Shown: positions 27,453-36,098 of the stretch, piece after piece
How positions within the stretch are numbered: the stretch's first letter is position 1
How the letters are laid out: each line of letters starts with the position of its first letter
Origin: Mariprofundaceae bacterium
GTDB lineage: Bacteria > Pseudomonadota > Zetaproteobacteria > Mariprofundales > Mariprofundaceae
DNA length: 50,577 nucleotides
Assembly (NCBI GenBank): GCA_046756985.1
Contig: JBHHXG010000001.1
Span: 1 to 50,577, forward strand
Reading direction: 5' to 3'
The notes under the pieces: generated by a model
What the model saw: the letters and a program-made list of their open reading frames with translations, nothing else
Database searches by the model: none
Told to the model about the DNA's origin: nothing
Translations under genes and position numbers: made by a program

Positions 27453-28066
27453 GCTGCCTCCTTGAACAGGGATGTAATTAATTCGGCAAAATCCGAACCT
27501 TTTGAGAGCGCCGGCAGGATTTCAACATCCTCCCCTCTCGCCATGGTTGCCATCTCGTCCATGCTTTTGCCATCGAAGAGCAGCATCGGCTGCAGGCGGA
27601 TCGCGCCGACGCCATCCTCACGCCACAGCCGGATCACCGAGGCGATCGTCGGTTCGGCATGCAGGGCACCGTGCGCGACCAGCGTGCAGCGTTTGTTGCG
27701 CTCGTGCAATGCTGCATTTAGGGCCTCAAAACCGGCATAGCAGTAAAGACCAAACAGCGCGTTGACCCGCCGACCTTCTGCCGTCATCCGGTCGTAGGCA
27801 AGCTCGGCGATGCGATCCGCATGCGCGGCCAGTGACGGCAGCAGCATAGCCTGTGACTTTTCCGCCAGCTTTGGCGCATCCACCGCCCCGTGCTGTCCAT
27901 AACCAAGGAACAGCGGCAGCACCCGTGTGCCTTTGGGTAGCCACTCATCAGACAAAAACGCCGCCTTTACCTCCTCACTCAGCCGTTGCGAAACACCCGC
28001 CGCCAAAGCCCGCACCTGCTCACCGTGGCGTTGATCCGAGGAACCATGCGCCAGCAGCACAAACAT
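27449..28066 (-). CDS. cbiX: CbiX/SirB class II chelatase (sirohydrochlorin cobalto- or ferrochelatase)
   Basis: 205 aa. VLLAHGSSD and PLFLGYGQHGAVDAP in the first lobe, a second lobe LVAHGA. ATGA-type overlap with cobA. Confidence 0.75.
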   Translation of the reverse strand: MFVLLAHGSSDQRHGEQVRALAAGVSQRLSEEVKAAFLSDEWLPKGTRVLPLFLGYGQHGAVDAPKLAEKSQAMLLPSLAAHADRIAELAYDRMTAEGRRVNALFGLYCYAGFEALNAALHERNKRCTLVAHGALHAEPTIASVIRLWREDGVGAIRLQPMLLFDGKSMDEMATMARGEDVEILPALSKGSDFAELITSLFKEAA

Positions 28067-28626
28067 CAGAATTCGATTCCCTGCGTGGCCTTGATGCCCT
28101 GATCAAAGGCATGCTTGATCTTCTTCATTTCTGTCACGGTGTGCGCCATGGCGATCACTTCATCTGCAGCATTGCGGCCGGTCAGAATCACATGCATCCA
28201 TTCGGGTCGCTCCTGACGCAAAAACTCGGCAATCTCCGCGCCGCTAATCCAGCCGTAGTCACAGCAATAATTGATCTCATCCCAGACAACCAGATCATAG
28301 GCTTGTGAACGCACCTTATCCTTGCATAGCGCCCATATTTCACGGCTGGTTTGCCTGTCCTGCTCTGGGTTTTTCGTATCCCAGGTAAAGCCTTCGCCAA
28401 GCGCATGCCACTCAATTTTCTCAAAGCGTTCGGCTGCTTTCTGTTCCCCTGTCTGCCATTTGCCCTTGATAAACTGGATAACGCACACTTTCATACCCCA
28501 GGCGGCTGCACGGAATACCATACCAAAGGCAGAGGACGATTTACCCTTGCCCTCCCCGGTATTCACCACAATCAATCCCTGCCGCTTGTCACGCTGTTTC
28601 AAGTGTTCTCCTGTAGTCGGGCACAA
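28066..28626 (-). CDS. cobO: Cob(I)yrinic acid a,c-diamide adenosyltransferase
   Basis: 186 aa. GLIVVNTGEGKGKSSSAFG, VIQFIKGKW and LVVWDEINY are typical of CobO/BtuR. Confidence 0.92.
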   Translation of the reverse strand: MCPTTGEHLKQRDKRQGLIVVNTGEGKGKSSSAFGMVFRAAAWGMKVCVIQFIKGKWQTGEQKAAERFEKIEWHALGEGFTWDTKNPEQDRQTSREIWALCKDKVRSQAYDLVVWDEINYCCDYGWISGAEIAEFLRQERPEWMHVILTGRNAADEVIAMAHTVTEMKKIKHAFDQGIKATQGIEF

Positions 28627-29341
28627 TCAGTTGGCCCTCTTCCAGGCGCAGGATCGGCATATGAAACAATGCCTCAAGCCTGTCCGGAACCAGCATCGCC
28701 TCCGCATCGCCGTGAGCCACACGCCCATCGCCATAGATAAACACGACTATGTCCGCCGCACAAGCCGCCTGCTGCACATCATGCAGCACAGAAACGACGG
28801 CTTTGCCCATATCAGCCTGTTCACGCATCAGTGCAAGCCATGTGGACTGATGCCTGAGATCCAGGTGAGCCGTCGGTTCATCAAGCAGCAATACCGGACA
28901 GTCGCGCAACAGGACAGCCGCCAACTCGGCGCGCTGCCGCTCGCCGGTGGACAATTCACCCAACATGCGTGTCAGCAAATGGTCTATATCCAGTTCGGCC
29001 GCCACCTGTTGCAAGGCTTCACATTGGCCATCCTGCATGGCCAGCTCCAACCGCTGTTTCACGGTGAGGCCGAACTCTGTGGGTGGCAGCTCCCCCTGCC
29101 ATGCCAGATGCCTGGCAATATGCCTGCGGGATAATTCCCTGATATTGCTCTCTCCCAATTCGATACGCCCCGACTGAACCGGAAGCATACCGGCCAGAGC
29201 CAGCAACAGGCTCGATTTTCCCGCGCCATTTGGCCCCAATACAGCAATCACCTTGCCGGCGTCTATATTCATACTCAGCGCTTCGGCAATTGCATGACTG
29301 CCACGTGCCAGATACAGATCGTGTAGCCTGAGCATACTCAT
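28589..29341 (-). CDS. btuD: ABC transporter ATP-binding protein, cobalamin/iron-chelate type
   Basis: Walker A GPNGAGKSS, signature LSTGERQR, Walker B LLLDEP. Start at MSMLRL gives an ATGA overlap with the permease stop. Confidence 0.85.
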   Translation of the reverse strand: MSMLRLHDLYLARGSHAIAEALSMNIDAGKVIAVLGPNGAGKSSLLLALAGMLPVQSGRIELGESNIRELSRRHIARHLAWQGELPPTEFGLTVKQRLELAMQDGQCEALQQVAAELDIDHLLTRMLGELSTGERQRAELAAVLLRDCPVLLLDEPTAHLDLRHQSTWLALMREQADMGKAVVSVLHDVQQAACAADIVVFIYGDGRVAHGDAEAMLVPDRLEALFHMPILRLEEGQLIVPDYRRTLETA

Positions 29342-30282
29342 CCCCGCTTCAGCAGCAGCCACAAAAATACAGGTACGCCAATCAGGGCGGTGATCACACC
29401 TACCGGCAGTTCAGCAGGGGCAATGACAGTTCTCGCACCGGTATCAGCCAGCATAAGCAGTATGCCGCCGCCAAGGGCCGAAGAAGGCAGAACCATGCGG
29501 TGCAGACTGCCGAATAGCAGGCGCATGATGTGCGGCACGATAAGACCAACAAAGCCAATCGTGCCCGCCGCAGCTACGGCTATTGAGGTCACCGCCGAGG
29601 CAAGAAAGAGCAACATCAGGCGAAGCCGCCGGATATCAATACCCAGTGCCACAGCATGGGCTTCACCCAAAAGTAACATGTCCAGTGATCGTGAAAGAGC
29701 CATACCGCAGGCCAGCGATGCTGTCCATATAGCCAACAGACCTGCTACCGGAATTTCCGATGCAGACAGATCTCCCATCATCCAACCAAATGCCATACCC
29801 AGTTGCTGCGCAGGCAGCAGGGCCAGCAGTAGTGCTACGCATGCGCCCCAGAAGGCGGCCAGCACAACGCCTGCCAGCAACAGGCGTGATGGGCCAAGAT
29901 GTGAAAAAGCCATAATCAGAATGATGCCGATCCATGCACCGGCGAAGGCGCCAGCTGACATCGACCATGCCGATGCTGGCATCAGAGCAACGCTGCATAT
30001 GGCTCCGACGGCGCTGCTTCCCGCCACACCGAGTACGTAAGGCTCAGCCAGTGGATTCCCCAACAGCACCTGAAACCATGCACCGGCCAAGGCCAGCAGG
30101 CCTCCGACAACAAAGGCAATCAGTATGCGGGGCATGCGTAATTCCCACAGAATCGTCTGTTCAAGTGCTGACTGGGGGCTGAAGGGGTTGATCCAGCCAT
30201 CGCCGGAACCAAGGCTGATGATGCCGACAAGGGCAGCAAGCACCAGTAAAACCACTGCCAGAGTCCAGTGATTAAATGTCAT
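29338..30282 (-). CDS. btuC: FecCD-family ABC permease (BtuC-like)
   Basis: About 314 aa and about 10 TM. LRMPRILIAFVVGGLLALAG and the C-terminal GVITALIGVPVFLWLL are typical of FecCD/BtuC. Confidence 0.85.
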   Translation of the reverse strand: MTFNHWTLAVVLLVLAALVGIISLGSGDGWINPFSPQSALEQTILWELRMPRILIAFVVGGLLALAGAWFQVLLGNPLAEPYVLGVAGSSAVGAICSVALMPASAWSMSAGAFAGAWIGIILIMAFSHLGPSRLLLAGVVLAAFWGACVALLLALLPAQQLGMAFGWMMGDLSASEIPVAGLLAIWTASLACGMALSRSLDMLLLGEAHAVALGIDIRRLRLMLLFLASAVTSIAVAAAGTIGFVGLIVPHIMRLLFGSLHRMVLPSSALGGGILLMLADTGARTVIAPAELPVGVITALIGVPVFLWLLLKRG

Positions 30283-31069
30283 TGGCCACCTTGCGAAGCC
30301 GGGCAGACAAAATCTCAATACCGTCAATCAACCGCGGGCCCGGCCGGCTGATCATATCCTGCGGTACCGGAACAACTTTCACACTGTCTCCGAAATATTG
30401 ATGCCAGAACCGTCTGCGGACCGGGACATGCCCCGGCATATCGGGAACCAGAATCGCCACTGGGCGCGCCTTGATCACCGACTCTACACTGATGCGCGGG
30501 CTTTCGACGGCCACGTGGTCAAACACGTTTTTTGCCCCGGATGCGCGCAATACATCGGTGATAAAACTTCTGGCACCCGAGCTCACCAGCGGTTCGCTCC
30601 ATGCCTCGTAAAATACCGGTATCGGCTCTGCGATCTGCTGATGAATCCGTTTCAGTCTCATTGTAAAATTATCTGCCAGCACCCGCGCCTGTCTGATATG
30701 GCCTGTCAGGTGCCCCAGATTCAGGATATCATGCACCACGTCCTGCACGGTCCGCGGATGACTTTGTATGACCTTGACACGAAAGGATTCCAGTTTCAGA
30801 AGGCCGGACATATGCCGGTCAAACACTACCGCCATCGTGGGTTCAAGACGGAGCGCGACCTCGATATTGACGCGTTTGAAATCCCCTACGCTCGGCAACT
30901 GCTGCACGGCTTCCGGATAGTCACAGGCATCAGCAACGCCAACCACATCTTTTCCTGCCCCGACGGCAAACAGAATTTCGCAGGCATGTGGCGATAACGC
31001 CAGAATGCGTTCTGCCGACTGCGCCAGCGGCGCAATCAACAGTAATATCGACAGAACGACAATTCTCAC
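30272..31069 (-). CDS. btuF: Periplasmic substrate-binding protein, BtuF/cluster A type
   Basis: ILALSPHACEILFAVGAG and VVGVADACDYP are typical of BtuF-like binding proteins. I place the start at GTG (Val30 of the track ORF 30272..31156). This gives a Sec signal ending AQSA and a GTGA overlap with the tonB-like stop. The start is uncertain. Confidence 0.75.
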   Translation of the reverse strand: MRIVVLSILLLIAPLAQSAERILALSPHACEILFAVGAGKDVVGVADACDYPEAVQQLPSVGDFKRVNIEVALRLEPTMAVVFDRHMSGLLKLESFRVKVIQSHPRTVQDVVHDILNLGHLTGHIRQARVLADNFTMRLKRIHQQIAEPIPVFYEAWSEPLVSSGARSFITDVLRASGAKNVFDHVAVESPRISVESVIKARPVAILVPDMPGHVPVRRRFWHQYFGDSVKVVPVPQDMISRPGPRLIDGIEILSARLRKVANDI

Positions 31070-31779
31070 AGTTTTCTGAAACGCAGCCGAAAGTGGAACG
31101 ATCTTTCGGCGGCGGGAAATGGCTGGGCGCGCTTGACCGTTTCCTTCGCCGCCCAATCAAGCAAATCATAACCTGAGCTGGCCAGCACCATGATTTCAGC
31201 GGCCATACCAAGCTGATCAAGCATGAATCCAACTTCAACCTCGCCTGCAATTCCCCGCCTGCGGGCGCTGGCAGGATAGAACTTGTGGGCTTCCAGATGC
31301 TGCCTGACCCGCTCGCCGGCTTCCCCCCTGACATCCCCGCTTTGTACAGAATCCGCCGACAAATGTTCTGCCACACCCATGCCGTTATTCAAACCAGGGT
31401 GATTTACCACTTCCGAGGCGGATACCGGAAGCGGTATTTCTGCTCTGGCAATTTTGGGAGCCTGGTTGATGGCCGTTCCGGTTTTTGACGGCTCCCGAAG
31501 TGACTTGTCTGGCTGTACCGATTCTGTTTCCAGACTGGCATCTGCATGAACATTGACGGCCAGCATTTCAACCTCGACCATCATTCGGCCTGCGGCAGCC
31601 TGGGGGACCTGAACCACATCCCAGAGGCACAACACGATCAGGCCGTGGATGACAACACTTGCTGCCAGCCACGGGCAGAAGCGAAAAATATCAGAACCTA
31701 TAGCCGGCTCCGGCACGAACGCCAATTTCCGGTGAAGGGTAGAAATTGTCGGTTCCAGAGAATGATGAGAACACACCAT
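31066..31779 (-). CDS. tonB: TonB-family energy transducer
   Basis: 237 aa. One N-terminal TM helix, a linker, and the C-terminal TonB domain YPASARRRGIAGEVEVGFMLDQLG. The ATG at 31779 lies 89 nt inside the upstream receptor gene. Confidence 0.75.
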   Translation of the reverse strand: MVCSHHSLEPTISTLHRKLAFVPEPAIGSDIFRFCPWLAASVVIHGLIVLCLWDVVQVPQAAAGRMMVEVEMLAVNVHADASLETESVQPDKSLREPSKTGTAINQAPKIARAEIPLPVSASEVVNHPGLNNGMGVAEHLSADSVQSGDVRGEAGERVRQHLEAHKFYPASARRRGIAGEVEVGFMLDQLGMAAEIMVLASSGYDLLDWAAKETVKRAQPFPAAERSFHFRLRFRKL

Positions 31780-33625
31780 AACTGCTGTATTTCTTATTTG
31801 TCAGATTGTCGATGCGGGCAAAAATTTCCATGTCTTTCCAACGATAGCTGGCCACCGCATCGAGCACCAGATAGGAAGGCAGCTGCGATCTCGCATTTGC
31901 CTGATCACTGATCAGGAACGACTGGCCGACATACGTCAGGTTCAGTGTCGTGGAAAAGCCATGTCCCCAATCAGCCAGCCAGGACGCGCCAACGCGATTT
32001 TTTGCCACGGCAGGGATTTCATTGCCGGAAAACACGCCACCATGGAATGTTGCTTTTGTGTAAGCGTAGTTAGCACTCAGGATGGCCCGGTCATGGGCCC
32101 GCCAGTGGCCGGACACGGCAATGACATCATGCCGCGTTGGGTCCGCATAATTCTCATTGGCGAATGCCAGCGGATTGAAAAATATTTCATGATCCAGATC
32201 GGCGCGGCTCAGCGATGCCTCCAGCCATACACGATTCCAGTCTTGGCGCAGACTGATGGCATAATGCTGGCCAGTTTGCGCCAGTAGCGATGTGTTGACC
32301 GCTCCGGTAAAGAAATCAAAGCGTTCATCCAGCAATGGGAAACGTACCGAACTGGCAGCATTCAGTCGCAGGCGGAGCTGTTCGGTAATGCCAAAGGAAA
32401 TTCCGCTCTCCCATACAGTCTCGCGCTGCGAAACAGAGTTTGTTGCCGTCTGGGTAAATATATCCTCAACCTTCTCGGTACGGACCCCGCCACTGACATG
32501 CCAGCGATGATCGGCGCTTCCTGCCTCCACAAGGCCATAATAGCCATCCCGTTTGCGATCAAAAAATGTTGTCGGCAGCGGGAAGGCGCCGCCAAAGACA
32601 AAAGAGCCATCGCCACGGTCAATATCGGCCCCTGTAACCAGATGCCAGCGGACATCATTACCGGCCGCATAACTCAGCTTGGGTCGGAAAGACCGATTCT
32701 GCTGAACGAAATCGCTGTTGGATGAAAAAAACCCAAAAAACTCGGAATGCACATCCCGCCTGCGAAAACCACCAGCAAGATCAAGCGTCAGACCAGATAT
32801 GCCACTCCATACCAGACCGCCATCAATAAAATCATCCGTTGACCGGCTGAAGTCCTGTGGATTTGCTGCCTGCCTACGATCGACGATAATTTGTGCCGCC
32901 GTCAGCGCACCCGGCAGACCCGCACGGTCCCGATGATGATTGCCGCTGATATTCAGGCTGATATTAGCAGGCAAATCGGCCTCGGCCCGTACACCGCCGT
33001 CGAAACGGTCGAAGAAACTGTTGTCGCGATACCCGTCTGTCGTGGTGCCCGAGAAATTCGTCTCAACGCGCACCTTGCCAGCATCCGCGCCGATACGTCC
33101 CGCACCCTCAAACGTACCGAAGCTGCCGCCTGACAGACTGATATTGCCGCCTGACTCCGGAATACGGGTAATGATGTTAATCACACCACCGACTGCGCCA
33201 TCCCCATACAGCACCGAGCCACCACCATGAACAATTTCAATACGCTCAATCTGATCAACAGGAATCTGGCTCCAGTCCACACCGGAAAGATCGGGGCTGT
33301 TGACTCGCCTGCCATCAATCAGAACAATACTGTTTGCGGCTGCTGTCTCACCGTAACCGCCCAGATCAACACGTGATTTTGCACCCACGCCGGTAATGTC
33401 ACTGACGACAATATTGGCCTGCCCCTTGAGTAGATCGACAACATTCCCGGCGTGGCTACCCTCAATGGTTTGCCTGTCGATGATGGTAACCGCCCGGGAT
33501 GATGTGATCGATGGCGCCTGTGTACGTGTGGCTGTTACGTTAATGGTACCCAGATCTTCCTGAGCATGTGCAATCAGAGGCATGCCGAGCATGACCACAA
33601 CTACGAATTTGATCTGTTTTGTCAT
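31691..33625 (-). CDS. btuB: TonB-dependent outer-membrane receptor, cobalamin type (BtuB-like)
   Basis: 644 aa. Signal peptide, TonB box-like INVTATRT, plug domain, C-terminal GAGYRF. Directly preceded by a cobalamin riboswitch. Confidence 0.85.
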   Translation of the reverse strand: MTKQIKFVVVVMLGMPLIAHAQEDLGTINVTATRTQAPSITSSRAVTIIDRQTIEGSHAGNVVDLLKGQANIVVSDITGVGAKSRVDLGGYGETAAANSIVLIDGRRVNSPDLSGVDWSQIPVDQIERIEIVHGGGSVLYGDGAVGGVINIITRIPESGGNISLSGGSFGTFEGAGRIGADAGKVRVETNFSGTTTDGYRDNSFFDRFDGGVRAEADLPANISLNISGNHHRDRAGLPGALTAAQIIVDRRQAANPQDFSRSTDDFIDGGLVWSGISGLTLDLAGGFRRRDVHSEFFGFFSSNSDFVQQNRSFRPKLSYAAGNDVRWHLVTGADIDRGDGSFVFGGAFPLPTTFFDRKRDGYYGLVEAGSADHRWHVSGGVRTEKVEDIFTQTATNSVSQRETVWESGISFGITEQLRLRLNAASSVRFPLLDERFDFFTGAVNTSLLAQTGQHYAISLRQDWNRVWLEASLSRADLDHEIFFNPLAFANENYADPTRHDVIAVSGHWRAHDRAILSANYAYTKATFHGGVFSGNEIPAVAKNRVGASWLADWGHGFSTTLNLTYVGQSFLISDQANARSQLPSYLVLDAVASYRWKDMEIFARIDNLTNKKYSSYGVFSSFSGTDNFYPSPEIGVRAGAGYRF

Positions 33626-33682
33626 TTATATTCCTTTTTGCGCCCGCCGCGCATTTCAATTGCGGGCTGGAACGCTTCAAGG

Positions 33683-33960
33683 AAAAAACTGGTTGTCAGA
33701 GAAGCCATTCACAGTAGTGGCCAGTCCACGACCAGCCTCCCGCCGAGGCCCAATCCCGTTTGGAATCCGTGGATTCCCTGTTTCGGGCCGGTCTCCTGGC
33801 TTGCCGTCATACTCTGCTGCTCATCCCTTCCCGGTTTTCCAGTGGTGTTGGAACAGCATTGTCAGGCTTACAGTAGCGGGGGCTGCGCCGGAATTGGTAT
33901 TTTTTACCGCACCGGACTTCCCGTTTCACCCTGCTGCCGGAATAGCAGACAGAGCACCCA
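33683..33960 (-). promoter_or_regulatory. Cobalamin (AdoCbl) riboswitch in the btuB-like leader
   Basis: The minus-strand RNA contains GGGAAGUCCGGUGCGG, then AAUUCCGGCGCAGCCCCCGCUACUGUAAGC, then the B12 box AAGCCAGGAGACCGGCC (plus 33786-33802). Downstream is an imperfect hairpin ending in U6 (plus A-run 33683-33688). A GCCCGC/GCGGGC stem lies next to the AAAGGAA ribosome-binding site. Confidence 0.88.
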
Positions 33961-34046
33961 AAACGGGAAGCACTCTACTTTACATTAAAATAAAATCCAG
34001 CTTGAAAGGGTGTGCTTAGATGAGTTGCTTAAATGCTAAACGTGCT

Positions 34047-35993
34047 TTACAGACTGACCTGGCGATACACATCCAGCCATTTGGCCAGATTAACCGGCTC
34101 CTGGGTCAATAAGGTTGCCCGTACATGGCTATCGATCGCCTGACTTATAAGTGCATAGCTTTCTTTCTTTTTCTGATCATTTTTCCGGGCAAGCACGGTT
34201 AGGTTTTTACGCGCCATATCCATACCCTGATCGGCAGCTTTCTGGAACCATCGCCGGGCTTTGTTATGGTCGTGGCCGACACCACGGCCCAGAGCATACA
34301 TATAACCCAGTGAGTTTTGAGCGGCGGCAAGGCCCTGTTCGGCAGCCTTCTGATACCACAGGGCCGCCATGCGATCATTTTGTTCCACACCTTCACCCTT
34401 GCGATACATGTTTCCCAGATTGAATTGTCCTTTGGCATCGCCATTGTTAGCGGCCTTGCGAAACCATGTAACGGCTTTTACAGGATCAAAAGCCACGCCT
34501 TTGCCTTCATGGTACATCGAACCCAGCATATTCTGGGCGGTTACATCACCACCTAAAGCTGCCTGCTCAAATAATGCGGCTGCCCTGGCCAAGTCTCTTG
34601 TGATACCCCTGCCATTGTAATGCAGCACCGCCATATTGAAGATGGCATCCATATCACCCTGTGCCGCCGCCTTTTCATACCAGTTAGCCGCTTCCTCCGC
34701 ATTGCGGCCAACACCACGACCCAGATCGTAAAACAGGCCCAGCATCAGCTTGGCCCGGGCATTACCGTTTTTCTCTGCCTTGTAGAGCCATTTTGCAGAT
34801 GCTTCATCATTGGGTGTAACCCCAACCCCTCGGGCATAAATCAGCCCCAGATTGAACTGTGCCTTGGCATTGTCTCCGGAAGCATGATCAAGCCAGTAAA
34901 ACATTTGCCTCATATTTTTTACAATGCCCCGCCCCAGCGCATGCATGGCTGCAATATTATTCTGCGCATCCGACAATCCAGCTCTCGCTGCTTTCAAGAA
35001 CCACTCCGATGCCTTTGTTTCATCTTTTGGAACACCCATGCCTTCAGCATGGAGAATACCCAGATTGCACTGTGCCCGTGCTATACCTGCATCGGCCGCC
35101 TTGCGTAACCAGAAAATTGCCTTTTGATAATTTTTTGCAACACCCCGCCCCAATGCATACATGGCACCAATCGCCGCCGCCGCCCGCATTTGCCCCTGCC
35201 TTGCGGCCTCCAGAAAGTGACGGGCAGCCTCTTCATCATGGCCGGCTTCTCCAGCTTCCAGCGCCAGATATTTTGCCAATTGGTAGCGCGCTTCTCTGTG
35301 GCCCGTCACGGCCGCCTTGCGTAGCCAGGACACATAGGCCGTTTTGTCCTTTTCAACGCCCAGCCCCTGCTTATACAGCAAGGCCAGACTATACTGCGCC
35401 TGATTGCCGCCTTCCTGTGCCTTGGCCTTCATTCGGCTAATCAGTTGCTGTAGATATGGCGCCGCTTCCCGGATCCCTTTTTGCGCGGCTTTTACTGCCC
35501 AGATCAGGGCCGTTTCATCACTTTGGGGACCCCCCCTGCCCTCGGCATACATCACCGCCACACGGTACTGAGCCATGCCATAGCCCTGCTCAGCCGCCTT
35601 AAGGTACCACCTAAGAGCCTCTGTATCGTTAACAGCCTCCACACCGCGGCCGGTTTCAAACTGACGTCCGAAATAATATTGCGCCGCGCTGTGTCCCTGC
35701 CGTGCTGCAAGGCGGAGCCAGCGAGCAGCCTGCCCGTCATCACGGTCCACGCCTTTGCCTTCAAGGTAAAGCATGCCGAATCTGAAGCGCCCTTCTGCTT
35801 CTCCCTGACGGGCCGACTGCGCAAACCACTTGGCCGCATCCTCAAAACGATTGTCCTCGTAAGCTGATTGCCCCAGCGCCAGCAAATCGGCGTCTGTAGC
35901 ACTATAGTCGGAACCGGACACAACAAAATAGACGATGCCTCCGCCCAGCAGCACGAAGGCAACCACGCCTATAAGCACTTTCATCATCTGCAT
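34047..35993 (-). CDS. Large Sel1-repeat (SLR/TPR-like) protein, N-terminally membrane anchored
   Basis: 648 aa. One N-terminal TM helix followed by about 15 Sel1 units of about 36 aa (pattern A..W..KAA.QG...AQ..LG.MY..G.GV). Confidence 0.85.
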   Translation of the reverse strand: MQMMKVLIGVVAFVLLGGGIVYFVVSGSDYSATDADLLALGQSAYEDNRFEDAAKWFAQSARQGEAEGRFRFGMLYLEGKGVDRDDGQAARWLRLAARQGHSAAQYYFGRQFETGRGVEAVNDTEALRWYLKAAEQGYGMAQYRVAVMYAEGRGGPQSDETALIWAVKAAQKGIREAAPYLQQLISRMKAKAQEGGNQAQYSLALLYKQGLGVEKDKTAYVSWLRKAAVTGHREARYQLAKYLALEAGEAGHDEEAARHFLEAARQGQMRAAAAIGAMYALGRGVAKNYQKAIFWLRKAADAGIARAQCNLGILHAEGMGVPKDETKASEWFLKAARAGLSDAQNNIAAMHALGRGIVKNMRQMFYWLDHASGDNAKAQFNLGLIYARGVGVTPNDEASAKWLYKAEKNGNARAKLMLGLFYDLGRGVGRNAEEAANWYEKAAAQGDMDAIFNMAVLHYNGRGITRDLARAAALFEQAALGGDVTAQNMLGSMYHEGKGVAFDPVKAVTWFRKAANNGDAKGQFNLGNMYRKGEGVEQNDRMAALWYQKAAEQGLAAAQNSLGYMYALGRGVGHDHNKARRWFQKAADQGMDMARKNLTVLARKNDQKKKESYALISQAIDSHVRATLLTQEPVNLAKWLDVYRQVSL

Positions 35994-36098
35994 GTCCTTC
36001 CTCCGCTCATCCGCTCATCCGCTGTACAGCAGATCTACGCCCCAGTATAGCAGAATAGCCGCCTGTGCAAGAAACAGCGGAGGAGCCGTCGCATGTCC

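Noticed and set aside
28322-30040. Plus-strand ORFs of 270 aa (28322-29134) and 216 aa (29390-30040)
   Set aside because: They lie antisense to cobO, the btuD-like gene and the btuC-like gene, all of which have canonical motifs. Their translations are low-complexity, Pro/Arg/Ser-rich sequence.
33566-34019. Plus-strand ORFs of 140 and 145 aa upstream of the btuB-like gene
   Set aside because: They cover the cobalamin riboswitch on the opposite strand. The region is explained by the conserved RNA motifs.
36003-36023. Tandem CCGCTCAT x2.6 repeat upstream of the large SLR gene
   Set aside because: It is only about 21 nt and overlaps the GGAGGAAGG ribosome-binding region of the SLR gene. It is too short to call a repeat element or CRISPR-like feature.
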